This document shows positions 62,901-64,000 of a stretch of DNA of 64,000 nucleotides, piece after piece (positions within the stretch are counted from its first letter, which is position 1; every line of letters starts with the position of its first letter). The notes beneath the pieces were generated by a model. It did no database searches and was not told where the DNA came from. It worked only from the letters and a program-made list of their open reading frames with translations. The stretch covers positions 310,001 to 374,000 of the forward strand of contig NW_025766956.1 of assembly GCF_003918875.1 (NCBI RefSeq). Reading direction: 5' to 3'. A program made the translations under genes and the position numbers. The stretch comes from Haliotis rubra (Eukaryota).

Positions 62901-63489
62901 CAAGATTCATGATAATAGTTTTTACCTTCAAGTTTGATTAAGTTGATTTGTAAAAGCTGTGTATGCCATCTTTAAAAGATTTTAAGAATTATATTTCAAA
63001 ATCCTTATTCTGATTAAGAAATGGTAACGGGTCAGGACTTTCCCTCACCCTATTAATTACTTATGTATCAATTAAAAGGTCAATTAGTAAAATTTGAGCC
63101 TGCATGTTTGTGTTATTGAATAATTAAGTATTTGAGATTTCATTTGAATTAAAACTAAATTAATTTTCAGGAGTTTGATTTTACTGTAATAAAGAATTTA
63201 AAATCCTACCAATTTTGAAAATGACCCATATATAAATTAAATTTTCTGTGTTAAACAGTCCCTATTATATGTATGATACCTAGAAGTGTACAGCCTTTTC
63301 AATTATATCTTACATTTATCTTCATGGTATATGTTTATTCAGACATTCCGAATTCTGGGCGTGGTTTGACACGACTTAACTACCGCACGAAGGAATGGGA
63401 TGTGGCTTTCCAGGACTACATGAAGAAGCTGGATGACAAAAAGCCAGTCATCCTGTGTGGAGACCTCAATGTTGCACATCTTGACATAG
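53975..63489 (+). CDS. APEX1: DNA-(apurinic/apyrimidinic site) endonuclease APE1; 3' exons lie beyond the window
   Basis: Exons 53975-53998, 54668-54709, 55557-55607, 56161-56361, 56559-56757, 58582-58653 and 63343-63489, GT-AG and phase-compatible. Lys-rich N-terminus, then LKISSWNINGIRAW, PDVFCVQETKC, EGYAG, HDKEGRVITAEF, YIPNSGRGL and LCGDLNVAH. Confidence 0.95.
55204..55543 (+). mobile_element. tRNA-derived SINE (family C, core resembles Meta/MESC-type SINEs) inserted at an APEX1 acceptor
   Basis: A box TAGTGGTTAGAG, B box GGTTCGATCCC, core GTCATACCAAAAGAC...CCTGCCTGGCGCTC; 16-bp TSD CCTCT(T/A)TCATCAGGAG at 55188-55203 and 55544-55559. Confidence 0.88.
57241..57392 (+). mobile_element. 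tRNA-derived SINE (family A)
   Basis: Reverse-complement match to 19139-19316. Confidence 0.85.
58348..58559 (+). mobile_element. SINE-like retroposon (family B), 5'-truncated
   Basis: Matches 50071-50314; tail ends about 20 nt before the APEX1 acceptor at 58581. Confidence 0.85.
60324..61422 (+). mobile_element. Helentron-associated non-autonomous element (HINE/pearl/DINE-1-like) with a ~170-bp internal satellite array
   Basis: T-run then TATCCCCAC subterminal repeat, short hairpin, (GTCC)n microsatellite, about 5 tandem 165-172-bp units (GCAGAACT at 60430, 60595, 60765, 60935, 61105, 61277), inverted GTGGGGATA, terminal hairpin then TTGTTT. Confidence 0.85.
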
Positions 63490-63544
63490 GTAGGCCAGGC
63501 ACACATGACATTATGATCAAAGTTTGACAGGTACTCCTATCTGA

Positions 63545-64000
63545 TGGGCAAATATATTTTACAGGCAGACAAGGATAGGCCAAGCACATGTATTTCACAG
63601 GCAGACAGGAGTAGGCCATGCATATTTCAGACAGACAGGGGAAGGCCATGCATATTTCACAGACACACACGTAAAGGCCATGCATATTTCACAGGCAGAC
63701 AGGTAAAGGCCATGCATATTTCTCAGGCAGACAGGTGAAGGCCATGCATATTTCTCAGGCAGACAGGTGAAGGCCTTGCATATTTCACAGGCAGAATGGG
63801 GAAGGCCATGCATATTTCACAGGCAGACAGGGGAAGGCCATGCATATTTCACAGGCAGACCAGTAAAGGCCATGCATATTTCACAGACACAGGGTAAAAG
63901 GCAATGCATATTTTACAGGCAGACAGGTAAAGGCCATGCATATTTCACAGGCAGACAGGTAAAGGCCATATTTCACAGGCAGAGGGGAAGGCCATGCATA
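63545..64000. repeat. 32-bp minisatellite in an APEX1 intron, running off the window
   Basis: Unit AGGCCATGCATATTTCACAGGCAGACAGGTAA, about 14 copies. Confidence 0.95.

Overview
AT-rich, intron-rich animal genomic DNA. The repeat families suggest a mollusc, probably a gastropod such as abalone (inference); nothing is prokaryotic. Five genes can be built from splice sites and protein motifs. (1) An SH3BGR-family gene (minus strand, 14440 to beyond position 1) whose acidic tail is built from at least nine phase-0 microexons of 30 nt (one of 36 nt). (2) Lebercilin/LCA5 (plus, 19931-28249), head-to-head with SH3BGR, with an apparent frameshift at about 27439. (3) WRB/GET1 (minus, 41525-35688), tail-to-tail with LCA5. 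(4) An intronless ankyrin/SOCS-box gene (minus, 47940-46936). (5) APEX1 (plus, 53975 to beyond the window end). The SH3BGR-LCA5-WRB order and orientation match the human chr21 SH3BGR-LCA5L-GET1 block as I recall it. Mobile DNA includes a truncated Penelope-like retroelement between two ~1.07-kb direct repeats, Penelope pLTR remnants carrying hammerhead ribozyme motifs, a decayed Tc1 transposon, several MITEs, three SINE families (one inserted at an APEX1 splice acceptor, one with a pseudoknotted non-tRNA head), a Helentron-type element carrying a ~170-bp satellite, and 44-bp and 32-bp minisatellites. All coordinates and alignments were read by eye; no searches were run.
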